NCBI GenBank assembly: GCA_965243135.1
Contig: OZ251539.1
Span: 2,272,001 to 2,336,000, forward strand
Direction: 5' to 3'
Length of the DNA stretch: 64,000 nt
From: Alphaproteobacteria bacterium
Lineage (GTDB): Bacteria > Pseudomonadota > Alphaproteobacteria > MPNO01 > UBA830
Shown: piece by piece, positions 40,004 through 51,079 of the stretch
Layout of the letters: each line of letters begins with the position of its first letter
How positions within the stretch are numbered: the first letter of the stretch is position 1
Made by a program: the position numbers and the translations under genes
The notes under the pieces: model-generated
Seen by the model: only the letters and a program-made list of their open reading frames with translations
Database searches by the model: none
What the model was told of the DNA's origin: nothing

Positions 40004-40759
40004 ATGATCGAGTTTCTGCCGCCCGGAATGGATGAGTGGACGTTCGGCGGCTTCACCGCCTTGGCCGCGTTCACGTCCGCCTTCGGCGTCGTTGCCGGGC
40101 TCGGCGGCGGCGTGCTGATGATCGGCGTGATGGCCCTGGTCCTGCCGCCGGCCGCGGTGATACCGGTCCACGGCGCCGTTCAGGCGGGAACCAACTTCAC
40201 CCGAATACTCATCATGCGCAGGTTGGTGATACGCCGGGCGCTCCTTCCGTTCGCCGCGGGCGCGACGATCGGCGGGTCGATAGGAGGCAGCGTCGTCGTT
40301 TCCCTTCCCATTGCCTGGATGCAGGCGATACTGGGCGGATTTTTGCTCTACGTCTGCTGGATGCCGGGCATCACGGCGAGCGTTCCGACAGGTCGGCGCT
40401 TCTTCGTTCTGGGAAGCGTCGGCGGCCTGATCTCGATGTTCGTCGGCGCGACAGGAACGATTCTCGCTCCATGGGTGCGCGGAGTGAGCGAAGACCGTCG
40501 CGTGTTCGTCGCGACGCATGCCGCCATCATGCTTTTCATTCACGGCCTCAAGGTGCTGGTCTTCGGCCTGCTCGGTTTCGCGTTCATCGAATATCTGCCC
40601 TTGATGACGGCGATGGCGGCGATGAGCTTCGTCGGCAACTGGGTTGGCGTAACGCTGCTGAACCGCATGCCCGAGGAGTTGTTCCGGCGCGTATTCCAGA
40701 TCGTCCTTACGCTGTTGGCGCTGCGGCTCCTATGGAGCGCTCTCGGCTCCGCGGGATAA
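40004..40759 (+). CDS. TauE/SafE (sulfite exporter) family membrane protein
   Basis: GVVAGLGGGVL, IPVHGAVQ..TN..R, SMFVGATG, FVATHAA. Confidence 0.85.
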   Translation: MIEFLPPGMDEWTFGGFTALAAFTSAFGVVAGLGGGVLMIGVMALVLPPAAVIPVHGAVQAGTNFTRILIMRRLVIRRALLPFAAGATIGGSIGGSVVVSLPIAWMQAILGGFLLYVCWMPGITASVPTGRRFFVLGSVGGLISMFVGATGTILAPWVRGVSEDRRVFVATHAAIMLFIHGLKVLVFGLLGFAFIEYLPLMTAMAAMSFVGNWVGVTLLNRMPEELFRRVFQIVLTLLALRLLWSALGSAG

Positions 40760-41059
40760 CGCGCGCGGACCTGCTTTCCTGCCGACCCGCGGCGGACGGC
40801 GAATCCGCTCCGGAACGCGCCCTCGTTTTCGGGAACCGGGCAGGCTCCGCGGCGCGAGGGCCGCAACTCCCGCTTTGTCATCCCGCCCGGTCGCGGCCTA
40901 TACTCGCGCCATGGCGCTAACATCATTTTCGAGAGGCGCCGCCGCCTCGTCGTCCCGGAGTCCCGCGACTTCGGACGGCGCTTTCGCGAGCAGGAACTCG
41001 ACGAGGCGCGCGAGCTCTTTCCGTGGACGCAGGCTTGTCCGTCGCGGAGAGTTTGCCGG

Positions 41060-41920
41060 ATGAACGCGGCAGCGTCCGCAGCGGCCGTCGGCACGATCGT
41101 GCGCGCCGCCGAAACCTCGTTCTATTGGGCGATGCGGCTGCTGCCGCGCGCCAAGCGCGAAGCGATGTACGCGCTCTACGCCTTCTGCCGCGAAGTCGAC
41201 AACATCGCGGACGAACCCGCGCCGCAGTCCGAAAAACTGCTGGCGCTCGACAGGTGGCGTCGCGCGCTCGACGCGCTATACGGCGGACGTGCGATCGATC
41301 GTCCGGTCGCGGTCGCGCTGGGCAGCGCGATCGCGCGCTTCGACCTGCCGCGGGAACCGTTCGACGCAATTGTCTCGGGCATGGAAACCGACGCGCGAGG
41401 CCCCGTCGTCGCTCCGACCGCCGACGAACTCGACCTTTACTGCGCCCGGGTGGCGGGCGCTGTCGGGCTGCTTTCGGTGCGCATATTCGGCTGCCGCGAC
41501 CCGCGCGCCGACGACTACGCGCTTGCGACGGGCCGGGCGCTGCAGCTTACGAACATCCTTCGGGACATCGCCGAGGACGCCGCCGACGGCAGGCTTTACC
41601 TTCCGCGGGAAGCGCTCGAAGCGGCCGGCGTTCGCTCGCGGGATCCGGAAGCCCTGCTGAACGACCCGCGGCTTTCCGAAGCCTGCGCCGCGGTCGCCAT
41701 GACGGCGGAAGCGAGCTACGAGAAGGCTCGGAGCCTCCGGAACGCGATGACGCGGGAGGACGCCGCCTGCCTGGCGCCCGCCGCGATCATGACCGCGATC
41801 TACCGGCGCCTCCTCCTGCGAATCCAGGCCCGAGGCTGGAATCGCGTCTCCGAAAGCGTATCTCTGCCGCGCAGGGAGAAGTTTTCCGTCATCATGCGTT
41901 GCCTGCTCGCCGGCGGATGA
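41060..41920 (+). CDS. hpnD: Presqualene diphosphate synthase
   Basis: TSFYWAMRLLP, LYAFCREVDNIAD, YCARVAGAVG, LQLTNILRDIAEDA..GRLYLP. Confidence 0.9.
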   Translation: MNAAASAAAVGTIVRAAETSFYWAMRLLPRAKREAMYALYAFCREVDNIADEPAPQSEKLLALDRWRRALDALYGGRAIDRPVAVALGSAIARFDLPREPFDAIVSGMETDARGPVVAPTADELDLYCARVAGAVGLLSVRIFGCRDPRADDYALATGRALQLTNILRDIAEDAADGRLYLPREALEAAGVRSRDPEALLNDPRLSEACAAVAMTAEASYEKARSLRNAMTREDAACLAPAAIMTAIYRRLLLRIQARGWNRVSESVSLPRREKFSVIMRCLLAGG

Positions 41921-43161
41921 GCGGACGATGCTTCGTCGTGGGCGCCGGCCTCGCCGGCCTGTCCGCGGCGCTCGGACTCGCCCGCGCCGGCCGCGCCGTC
42001 ACCCTCCTCGAGGCGGCCGGTCGCGCGGGCGGCCGCTGCCGTTCCTTTTTCGACGCGACGCTCGAACGCCAAATCGACAACGGCAACCATCTCGTGATGG
42101 CGGGCAACAGGAAAACGTTCGCTTTTCTCGACGCGATCGGCGCGCGCGACCGTCTCGCGGCCGTCGGCGCGTTTCCGTTCCTCGACCTCGCCACGGGCGC
42201 CCGTTGGACCGTTCGCGCTCGCCGCGGACTCCCGCCCTTCCCCGTCTTCAGCGGTCCGCGCCGGATCCCGGACGCCGGGCCGTTCGACCTTCTGCGGGCG
42301 CTGCGCCTGGCGCGGGCGGGACCCGAAGATACGGTCGCGGCGCTGCTGGGCGCCCCCGAAGCCGCCTACCGCCGCCTGTGGATTCCCCTGGCGACCGCCG
42401 TCCTCAACGCCCGCCCCGAGGAAGGCTCCGCGCTGCTCCTGCGGTCGATCTTCTCCCGGACGTTCCTGCGAGGCGGTTGCCGGCCTTATGTCGCCGACCG
42501 CGGACTTGCGCATTGCTTCGTCGATCCGGCGGTCGCCGCGGTCCGCGCATCGGGAGGAGAATTCCGGTTCAACAGCCGCGTTCGCGCCCTGGAAACCCGA
42601 AACGACCGGATTGGCCGGATCGTCACGACGCGGGAAACGATCCTCGCCGACGCCGGCGATTCCGTCGTTCTGGCCGTGCCTCCGTCGGCCGCGAGCGCGC
42701 TGCGCCCGGAACTTCGCGTCCCGGCGGGCGACCGCGCCATCGTCAATGCGCACTACCGGCTCGACGGCCCGCCGGCGCTGCCCGGAGGAGAACGCATCCT
42801 CGGCCTGGTCGGCGGCACGGCGCAATGGATCTTCGCGCGCGGCGACGTCGCTTCGGTCACCGTCAGCGCGGCCGACGCGCTCGCCTCGCGGCCCAATTCC
42901 GAAATCGCCCGCATCCTCTGGAACGACGTGGCGGCGGCGCTCGACCTCGACGCCGGCCGGCCGCCGCCGGCGCGGATCGTCAACGAACGCCGCGCGACCT
43001 TCGCGCAAACCCCCTCGGGAGCGCGGTCGCGACCCGGAACCCGCACGCGGATCGGGAACATGTTCTTGGCCGGCGACTGGACGGATACCGGCTTGCCCGC
43101 AACCATCGAAGGGGCCATTCTCTCCGGACGGCGCGCGGCGGCGGCCGTCATGCGAGCGTGA
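41917..43161 (+). CDS. hpnE: Hydroxysqualene dehydroxylase (FAD-dependent)
   Basis: VVGAGLAGL, GGRCRSFFD, IDNGNHL, ERRATF, LAGDWTDTGLPATIEGAILSG; ATGA-coupled to hpnD. Confidence 0.9.
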   Translation: MSGRCFVVGAGLAGLSAALGLARAGRAVTLLEAAGRAGGRCRSFFDATLERQIDNGNHLVMAGNRKTFAFLDAIGARDRLAAVGAFPFLDLATGARWTVRARRGLPPFPVFSGPRRIPDAGPFDLLRALRLARAGPEDTVAALLGAPEAAYRRLWIPLATAVLNARPEEGSALLLRSIFSRTFLRGGCRPYVADRGLAHCFVDPAVAAVRASGGEFRFNSRVRALETRNDRIGRIVTTRETILADAGDSVVLAVPPSAASALRPELRVPAGDRAIVNAHYRLDGPPALPGGERILGLVGGTAQWIFARGDVASVTVSAADALASRPNSEIARILWNDVAAALDLDAGRPPPARIVNERRATFAQTPSGARSRPGTRTRIGNMFLAGDWTDTGLPATIEGAILSGRRAAAAVMRA

Positions 43162-43719
43162 CCGCGCCGGCGGCCGAGACGAACCCGCAAGCCGGCGATC
43201 CCGCTTTCGGCGCCAAGGTCCGGACCTTTGCGGCGTTCGCGCCTGCGATTTCCCTGTGAAAACCGCGCCGCCGGCCGCGGGGAAAGGCCCGCTTGCGCCC
43301 TCCGCCCCCGTCCGCCCGCCTTTCGTTCGAGGCGTCCACGGTTTGAAAGCTCATCTCGCCGAACCTATATGTAATTTGATGGCATCGTCTGCGGAAACGA
43401 TTTTTTGCATGAACGCGCGCCCATTCCAGCGCTGCGCCGGGCGGCGATCGCCGCCCGCCCGAACGCGAATCCCGGCCGTCCGCCGCCGCGCCGGCGGCGG
43501 CGTCTCGTTCGCCGCGCCCGTCTCCGGCTTTTCGCGGAAGCGCCGGGCCGCCCGTCCCGCGAACAAATCCTTCCGGCCCGCCGGGCCGGCGCGGATGCCG
43601 CCGGCCGCCGGACAGGTCTCCGAGACCGCGCCCGGAACGCCTGAACCTCCCTGCCCCGCGCGGCGTCGCCGCGCGCGCTCTTCCGCTCGCGGAACGGCGC
43701 GCCGACCGGGCGATCGAAC

Positions 43720-44811
43720 ATGAAGGGTTCGATCGCCATCGCGGCCGCGCTTGCCGTCGGCGCGGCGGCGTGGATCGCGTCCGGCCAATTGGGCGAAGAC
43801 GGAAGACAGGCGGCCGCGGAAGAAGGAGGACGGGCGACCGCCGAGCCGGCGCAGACTCCCCTGGTCTCCGTCAGGGTTCGGGAGACCGTCGCCCGGCCGA
43901 GAAAGCGCGAAATCGTCATTAACGGCCGCACCGAAGAGTCGCGCCGGGTCACGCTTCGGGCGCAGACGACCGGGCCCGTCGCCGCCGTCCCCGCCAAGGA
44001 AGGGCAAGCGATCGAGCTCGGCGACGTCGTCGCCCGCCAGGACGTGGAAAACCGGAAGGCGCTGCTCAAGGAAGCGGAAGCCCTGGTTCGCCAGCGGCGC
44101 ATCGAGCACACCGCCGCGGCGCGCCTCGCCAAGAAGGGGTTCCGGGCGAACACGCAGCTGGCGGAGGCCCGCGCCCGGCTCGACGCGGCGCTGGCCAGAA
44201 CGGAAGCCGCGCGAATTGATATGGAGAGAACGACGCTTCGCGCTCCCTTCGCCGGAGTGCTCGAGTCCCGAACCGTCGAGGTCGGCGCGTACGCCAGATC
44301 GGGCGACGGGATCGCGACGGTCGTCGATCTCGATCCGATACTCGCCATCGGATACGCGTCCGAACGCGACGTGGCCGGGATCCGGGTCGGCGCGCAGGGT
44401 TCGGTTCGCCTGATCGACGGCCGGACGGTCCGCGGCAGGGTGCGCTACGTCGCGAGCATCGGGGAATCCGAAACGCGCTCCTTCCGAATCGAACTGGAGA
44501 TTTCCAATCCCGACCTGACCATCCGCGCCGGACTGACGTGCAAACTGCGCCTGCCGCTCCCCGCAGCCAGCGCCCATCTGATATCGCCCGCCGTGCTCAC
44601 CCTTGCGGACGACGGGCGCGTCGGCGTGCGCATCGTCGATGCGGGGGACGTCGCGCGGTTCGTGCCCGTCGAGATCCTGGCCGATTCCCAGGAAGGCGTC
44701 TGGGTATCCGGACTCGAGGACGGCGACCGGCTGATCACGGTGGGGCACGAATTCGTCAAGGACGGCCAGAAGGTGCGGCCCGTGGCGGAGTCGGCGGAGA
44801 CCGCCTCGTGA
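43720..44811 (+). CDS. RND efflux periplasmic adaptor (MFP)
   Basis: N-terminal anchor, LRAPFAG, ETRSFRIELE, GVWVSGL..GDRLITVG. Confidence 0.9.
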   Translation: MKGSIAIAAALAVGAAAWIASGQLGEDGRQAAAEEGGRATAEPAQTPLVSVRVRETVARPRKREIVINGRTEESRRVTLRAQTTGPVAAVPAKEGQAIELGDVVARQDVENRKALLKEAEALVRQRRIEHTAAARLAKKGFRANTQLAEARARLDAALARTEAARIDMERTTLRAPFAGVLESRTVEVGAYARSGDGIATVVDLDPILAIGYASERDVAGIRVGAQGSVRLIDGRTVRGRVRYVASIGESETRSFRIELEISNPDLTIRAGLTCKLRLPLPAASAHLISPAVLTLADDGRVGVRIVDAGDVARFVPVEILADSQEGVWVSGLEDGDRLITVGHEFVKDGQKVRPVAESAETAS

Positions 44812-47800
44812 CGCCGATCGACGCCGCGCTGTCGCGGTCGCGGTCGGTCATCGCGATTCTCGTCCTGCTGCTGCTGACCGGAACGTCGGCCTACCTCGGC
44901 ATCCCGAAGGAGGCGCGCCCCGACATCGATTTCCCCGTCATCTACGTGTCCATGACCCTGTCGGGCGTCTCGCCGGAAGACGCCGACCGCCTTCTGGTCC
45001 GTCCCATGGAAGCGGAGGTCAAATCCGTCGAGGGCGTCAAGGAAATCAGATCGAACGCCTTCCAGGGCGGCGCCAGCGTCCTGCTCGAGTTCGAGGCGGG
45101 GTTCGACGCCGACAAGGCGCTGCAGGACGTGCGCGACAAGGTCGACATCGCCAAGGCCGACTTGCCCGACGAAACGGACGAGCCGCGGGTGAACGAAGTC
45201 AATCTCAGCCTGCTCCCGATACTCGTCATCACGCTGGGCGGCGACGTTCCCGAACGCGCGTTGCTCAAGCTGAGCCGCGATCTGCAGGATCGCATCGAAG
45301 GCATATCCAGCGTTCTCGAAGCGCGAATCGGCGGCGACCGCAACGAGCGGGTGGAGATCGTCATCGACCCGCTGCTGCTGGATTCCTACGGCCTCGATCC
45401 GCGCCAGGTGATCGAAATGGTAACCCGTTTCAACCGGCTGATAACGGCCGGCGCGCTCGAATCCGGACGAGGACGCTTCGCGATCAAGGTGCCCGGACTG
45501 TTCGAATCCGCCGGCGACATTCTCGACATGCCGCTGAAGACCAGCGGCGACTCCGTCATCTCCGTAAGGGACGTTTCGTCCGTGCGCCGCACGTTCGAGG
45601 ATCGCCGAACTTACGCCCGCCTGAACGGCAAGCCCGCGATCGCGCTGCAAATCTCGAAACGGTCCGGGGAAAACATCATCGATACGGTGAACGCGATCAG
45701 AGACCTCGTGGAAGAGGAACGACGGCACTGGCCGTCCGGAATCGAGGTCGTCTTCTCCAACGACGAATCGCGCACCATCCGCACGATGCTTCGGGATCTC
45801 CAGAACAACGTCCTGTCCGCAGTCCTTCTGGTGATGATCGTCATCGTCGGCGCGCTCGGCCTCAGAACCGGATTCCTCGTCGGCATCGCGATTCCGGGGT
45901 CGTTCCTCACCGGCATACTCGTGCTCGCCGCGGCCGGCCTCACGGTCAACGTGGTGGTCCTGTTTTCGCTCATCCTGTCCGTCGGCCTTCTGGTCGACGG
46001 CGCGATCGTGGTGACCGAGTACGCCGACCGCAAGATGACCGAAGGCGCTCCGCGGGCCGCTGCCTACGCCGAGGCCGCCAAGCGGATGGGCTGGCCCATT
46101 ATCGCTTCGACGGCCACCACCCTCGCGGCGTTCCTGCCGCTGCTGTTCTGGCCCGGGATGATCGGCGAGTTCATGAAGTATCTGCCGATCACCCTGATCG
46201 CGACATTGTCCGCGTCGCTCCTCATGGCCCTGATCTTCGTGCCCACGGTCGGCGCGCAGATCGGCAAGCCCGGCATGGCCGGCGCCGCGGCGATCGCCCA
46301 GATGAAGGCCGTGGAAAGCGGAGACATCGAGGATATCCGGGGGTTCACCGGCGGGTACGTCCGCCTGCTCAAGGGCGCCCTCCGACACCCCGGCAAGGTG
46401 GCCGCAGCCGCCGTTCTCGCGCTCGTCGCCGCGTGGGCGCTTTACGCGAATTTCGGGCGCGGCTTCGAGTTCTTTCCCGAGGTCGAGCCCGACCGCGCGG
46501 TGATGAAGGTGTTCGCCCGCGGCAACCTCTCGGTCGACCAGAAGCAGCGCCTGGTCGGACAGGTGGAGCGGGAAATTCTCGATCTTCAGCGCGAACGCGG
46601 CGAAATGCGGGCGGTCTACATCCTTTCCGGCGAGCAGCAGCGGCGCGACGACACGCCGGCCGACCTCGTCGGCAACATCAGCATCGAGTTCGAGGACTGG
46701 CGAGACCGCCGCCCGGCCGACGCGATCCTCGCGGACATCGCCGCGCGCTCGAGAAAACTTGCCGGCATCCGGGTCGAAACCGCCAAGGAAGAAGCCGGGC
46801 CGCCGGTCGGCAAGCCGATCCACCTTCTGGTGACCTCGCGAGATCCCGCCCTCATCGCTCCCGCCGTCGCCAAAATCAGGACGCGGCTGGAGTCGACGAA
46901 CGGGCTCAAGGACATCGAAGACGGCCGACCGGTCCCGGGCATAGAATGGGAGCTTCGCGTCGACCGGGAGCAGGCCGCGAAGTTCGGCGCGGACGTCGCC
47001 GTGATCGGGAACATCGTCCGCCTCGTCACCAACGGCCTGAAGATCGGCGGCTACCGGCCCGACGACGCCGACGACGAAATCGACATCGTGGTTCGGTTTC
47101 CGGCCGAATACCGCAGTCTCGAACAACTCGATTCGATTCGCGTGCAAACGCGGAACGGCCTCGTTCCGATCAGCAACTTCGTGACGCGGTTGCCGCGCCA
47201 GCAGACCGGAACGCTCCAGCGAACCGACGCGAAGCGTTCCATGACGGTCAAGGCGGACGTGCTTCCCGGCGTGCTGCCGGACGACAAGGTCACCGAGATC
47301 AGGACCTGGCTCGATACCGAAGCGTCTCTCGATCCCCGGGTCGACGTGACGTTCAAGGGCGAGGACCGGGAGCAGAAGGAAGCGAGCGCTTTCCTCGGGC
47401 AGGCGTTCGCGGTCGCCCTGTTCCTGATGGCGGTCATTCTCGTCACCCAGTTCAACCGTTTTTACTCGGCCTTCCTCATTCTCTCGGCCGTCGTCATGTC
47501 GACGGTCGGCGTGATGCTGGGCCTGCTCATCATCGCGCAGCCCTTCGGCATCGTGATGAGCGGCATCGGAGTCATCGCCCTCGCCGGCATCGTGGTGAAC
47601 AACAACATCGTGCTGATCGACACCTACGACCGTCTGGCGAAGACCGCCGCGACGCCCATGGAAGCGATTCTGCGGACCGGCGCGCAGCGTCTTCGTCCGG
47701 TTCTGTTGACGACCGCCACCACGATCCTCGGACTCCTGCCCATGGTGACGCGGATCAATATCGATTTCGTCACGCGGGAGATCGACGTCGGCGCGCCTTC

Positions 47801-47987
47801 GACCCAGTGGTGGCAGCAACTCGCCACGGCGATCGCGTTCGGCCTCGCGTTCGCGACGGTGCTGACCCTGATCGTCACTCCCGCGCTGCTGATGATCCGC
47901 GCGAACCTCGCGGCCTGGCGCCTCGGGCGACGCGAGAAGCGCCTGGCGCGCAAGCGGCTGCCGCGTCCGGAGGCGGCCGGCGCTTGA
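44808..47987 (+). CDS. RND efflux permease (AcrB/AcrD/AcrF family)
   Basis: IPKEARPDI, VGLLVDGAIVV.E, IVVNNNIVLID, RLRPVLLT. Confidence 0.93.
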   Translation: MTPIDAALSRSRSVIAILVLLLLTGTSAYLGIPKEARPDIDFPVIYVSMTLSGVSPEDADRLLVRPMEAEVKSVEGVKEIRSNAFQGGASVLLEFEAGFDADKALQDVRDKVDIAKADLPDETDEPRVNEVNLSLLPILVITLGGDVPERALLKLSRDLQDRIEGISSVLEARIGGDRNERVEIVIDPLLLDSYGLDPRQVIEMVTRFNRLITAGALESGRGRFAIKVPGLFESAGDILDMPLKTSGDSVISVRDVSSVRRTFEDRRTYARLNGKPAIALQISKRSGENIIDTVNAIRDLVEEERRHWPSGIEVVFSNDESRTIRTMLRDLQNNVLSAVLLVMIVIVGALGLRTGFLVGIAIPGSFLTGILVLAAAGLTVNVVVLFSLILSVGLLVDGAIVVTEYADRKMTEGAPRAAAYAEAAKRMGWPIIASTATTLAAFLPLLFWPGMIGEFMKYLPITLIATLSASLLMALIFVPTVGAQIGKPGMAGAAAIAQMKAVESGDIEDIRGFTGGYVRLLKGALRHPGKVAAAAVLALVAAWALYANFGRGFEFFPEVEPDRAVMKVFARGNLSVDQKQRLVGQVEREILDLQRERGEMRAVYILSGEQQRRDDTPADLVGNISIEFEDWRDRRPADAILADIAARSRKLAGIRVETAKEEAGPPVGKPIHLLVTSRDPALIAPAVAKIRTRLESTNGLKDIEDGRPVPGIEWELRVDREQAAKFGADVAVIGNIVRLVTNGLKIGGYRPDDADDEIDIVVRFPAEYRSLEQLDSIRVQTRNGLVPISNFVTRLPRQQTGTLQRTDAKRSMTVKADVLPGVLPDDKVTEIRTWLDTEASLDPRVDVTFKGEDREQKEASAFLGQAFAVALFLMAVILVTQFNRFYSAFLILSAVVMSTVGVMLGLLIIAQPFGIVMSGIGVIALAGIVVNNNIVLIDTYDRLAKTAATPMEAILRTGAQRLRPVLLTTATTILGLLPMVTRINIDFVTREIDVGAPSTQWWQQLATAIAFGLAFATVLTLIVTPALLMIRANLAAWRLGRREKRLARKRLPRPEAAGA

Positions 47988-48041
47988 CCAGCCCGCCCGT
48001 TCGGGCGATGCTGGAAACGGCATCGAGCAGGAACGAGCGGC

Positions 48042-49232
48042 ATGGCATACATTCCCTATGGCGGTTACTGGTCGACTCCGTTCGCCAAATGGCAGGGTTC
48101 GCTCAGCCATCTGAACTCCGTGGAGTTCGCGGCGCGCGTGGCCGCGGACGAGCTGGCGCGGAGGGAGATTCCCGCCGACGAATTCGACATGGCCGTTCTC
48201 GGCCTCACCGTTCCGCAGCACCAGTCATTCTTCGGCGCGCCGTGGATGACGGCGATGATGGGAGCGGACCGGGTTCCCGGGCCGACCGTTACGCAGGCCT
48301 GCGCGACCTCGGCCCGCTGCCTGCAAACCGCAAGCAGGGAAATCGCCGACGAGGGAGATTCGGTGCTGGTGGTGACCACTGACCGCACCTCGAACGGTCC
48401 CAACCTCTACTATCCGGAACCGACCGCGCCCGGCGGAACCGGCAAGAGCGAAAACTGGGTGCTGGACAATTTCGGACGCGACCCGTACGCGCGCCTGGCG
48501 ATGGTGGAAACGGCGGAAAACGTCGCCCGCAAATGGCAGATCACCACCGCCGAGCAACACGACGTGGTGGCGCGGCGCTACGAGCAATATCGCGACGCGA
48601 CCGCCGACGGCAACGCCTTTCAGAAGCGGTACATGCGGCTGCCTCTCGACGTGCCGGACGGAAAGTTCCGCAGGACCGTCGCGACCATGAACGGCGACGA
48701 GGGCGTCCACGAGACCACCCGCGAGGGACTCGCGTCGCTTAAGCCGGTCCGGGAAGACGGCACGGTGACCTACGCCGGACAGACGCATCCCGCGGACGGC
48801 ACCGCCGGCATGGTCGTGACCACGCGCGAAAAAGCGCGCGAGATGTCGTCCGATCCGCGGATCGGCATCCGCCTGGCCGGGTTCGGCCAGGCTCGCACCG
48901 AAAAGGGATACATGCCGCACGCCCCGGTGCCGGCGTCGCAGCGGGCGCTGGACGACGCCGGACTGTCGCTCGACGACATCGCGGCGGTCAAGACCCACAA
49001 TCCGTTCGCCGTCAACGACGTCGTGTTCTGCCGCGAAACCGGTTTCGATATCGACAGGATGAACAATTTCGGCTGCTCGCTCATCTGGGGGCATCCGCAG
49101 GGACCGACGGGGCTGCGCGCGATCTGCGAACTGATCGAGGAACTCGTCATGCGCGGCGGCGGCTACGGGCTGTTCAACGGCTGCGCCGCGGGCGACAGCG
49201 CGATGGCCGTGGCGATCGAAGTCGGCGAATAG
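48042..49232 (+). CDS. Thiolase family protein
   Basis: QACATS nucleophile, DEG, GHPQGPTG, GCAAG. Confidence 0.88.
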   Translation: MAYIPYGGYWSTPFAKWQGSLSHLNSVEFAARVAADELARREIPADEFDMAVLGLTVPQHQSFFGAPWMTAMMGADRVPGPTVTQACATSARCLQTASREIADEGDSVLVVTTDRTSNGPNLYYPEPTAPGGTGKSENWVLDNFGRDPYARLAMVETAENVARKWQITTAEQHDVVARRYEQYRDATADGNAFQKRYMRLPLDVPDGKFRRTVATMNGDEGVHETTREGLASLKPVREDGTVTYAGQTHPADGTAGMVVTTREKAREMSSDPRIGIRLAGFGQARTEKGYMPHAPVPASQRALDDAGLSLDDIAAVKTHNPFAVNDVVFCRETGFDIDRMNNFGCSLIWGHPQGPTGLRAICELIEELVMRGGGYGLFNGCAAGDSAMAVAIEVGE

Positions 49233-49526
49233 CGGGCGGCGTCTCCACCGCGACGGCCGCAGCCGAAAGCGGTTCCGGTTCGCGGCGCGACTTTCGGGAA
49301 CGCTCCGATGCCCGGTCCCTTGGGGCAGCCCCTCCTGGAAGCGCGAACCGCCGCTTCGCTGCGGAGCAAATCTACAGCCATGTCGACAACGCTTACGGAG
49401 AAGCAATATGTCCGCGACCTGCGGGCGCCTGCGGCTCGGGCTCGCGACGGTGGGGCGCTCGTGCGCCTGCGGGCGGAACGTCGGGGCGGTCGCTGGTCGC
49501 TCCGGTCGGACTGCGCGACCTCATCC

Positions 49527-49555
49527 TTGACGGCTCCGGCTCTGCTGCCTACTCT
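49527..49555 (+). promoter_or_regulatory. Second copy of the leaderless sigma70-like promoter
   Basis: TTGACG-17 nt-TACTCT, 6 nt before ATG 49562. Confidence 0.6.
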
Positions 49556-49561
49556 CTTCGA

Positions 49562-51079
49562 ATGACGAAGCGCATGCTGCCGATCGGCATGACGTCCCTC
49601 TGGAAAATCCGGACGAGGGACTGCTACGTCGACAAGACGGAGCATGTGCGCCGTCTCGTCGAAGGGGGCGATTACTATTTCCTGTCGCGTCCGCGCCGGT
49701 TCGGCAAGACCCTGCTGGTGGACACGCTGCAGAAGCTGTTCGAGGGAAGCGAGGAGCCGTTCCGGGGCCTTGCCGTGCACGACGAGTGGGACTGGTCGGC
49801 GCGCCGTCGTGCGGCTCAGCTTCGGCAGGGGCAATTTCGTCGTCCCCGACGGGGTTCGGGTAACCGTGGAAAGGCAACTGGCGGCGGCGGAGAGGCGCGC
49901 CGGCCTCGAACCGGGTCCCGCCGAGGCCTCGAACCGTTTCGGGGAATTGGTCCTGCACGAGCGCACCGGACAGCAGGCGGTCGTGTTGGTCGACGAGTAC
50001 GACAAGCCGGTCGCGCTCGGCGACCGGGAACTGGCGCGTGCCAACCGGGACTTCCTGCGCAGCCTGTACGGGGCGATCAAGGATTGCGACGAGCATCTCC
50101 GTTTCGTTTTCCTGACGGGGGTAAGCAAGTTCTCGCAGGCGGGCCTGTTCCCGGGCCTGAACAACTTGCGCGACATCACGCTGGAGCCGGAGTTCTCGGA
50201 CATTTGCGGCTACACGGACGCGGAGCTGGACGCTGTCTTCGCCCCGGAACTCGAGGGCCTGGACCGGGACGAGATCCGGCGCTGGTACAACGGCTACAAC
50301 TGGCGCGGCGCGGACAAGGTCTATAACCCGTTCGACATCCTCCTTCTTTTCAAAACGCGCGAGTTCAAGGCGCACTGGTTCCAGAGCGGCACGCCGACCT
50401 TTCTCGTCGACCTCCTGTCGCGGCACCAGGTCGAGACGCCCGCCCTGGAGCGCATGGTCGCGGACGACGACCTGCTGTCGACCTTCGACGTCGACGACAT
50501 CTCGACCGAAGCGCTTTTGTTTCAGACCGGCTACCTGACCATCGTCGGCGAGGAGGCCACCGACAGCGGGGGCCTCTACCGGCTACCCGAACTACGAGGT
50601 GAAGCTCAGCCTGAACAAGAGGCTGTTGCGCGCCATGGCGCCGGCAACGGGACGGGATGCGACGCGGCAGGCGGAGCTGGCCAGGCTGACGGCGGAGGAC
50701 GATCCGGAGAAAGTGAAGGCGCTGTTCGAGGCGTTCTTCGCGAGCGTTCCTCACGACTGGCACCGGAAGAACGACCTCGCGCATTACGAGGGCTATTGGG
50801 CGGCCCTCGTTTACTCGCACTTCGCGGCGGCGGGTCTGGACGTACGGGTCGAGGAAGCGACCGCCCGCGGACGCCTGGACATGGCTGTGCTAAGTCCGGG
50901 ATGCGTGCATCTGTACGAGTTCAAGGTCGTGGACGGGGGACCGGAAGGCCGGGCGCTTGCGCAGATGCGGGAGCGCGGCTACGCGGACAAGTACCGGCAT
51001 CTGGGGGTGCCGGCTGATCGGCATGGAGTTCGGCCGGGAAGAGCGCAACATCGTCGGCTTCGAGTTCGAGACTGCCTGA
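49562..51079 (+). pseudogene. Frameshifted paralog of the AAA/PD-(D/E)XK nuclease gene
   Basis: Pieces in several frames (49562, 49644, 50599) colinear with 8885-10429; many small deletions; ends FEFETA*. Confidence 0.9.

Noticed and set aside
40875-41063. hpnC remnant upstream of hpnD
   Set aside because: No recognisable synthase motif in the frames examined
44445-48221. 1258-aa minus-strand ORF, and similar long ORFs at 55064-58399, 55119-58070, 3865-6492 and 1417-3453
   Set aside because: Antisense or off-frame shadows of well-supported genes in high-GC DNA; no motifs
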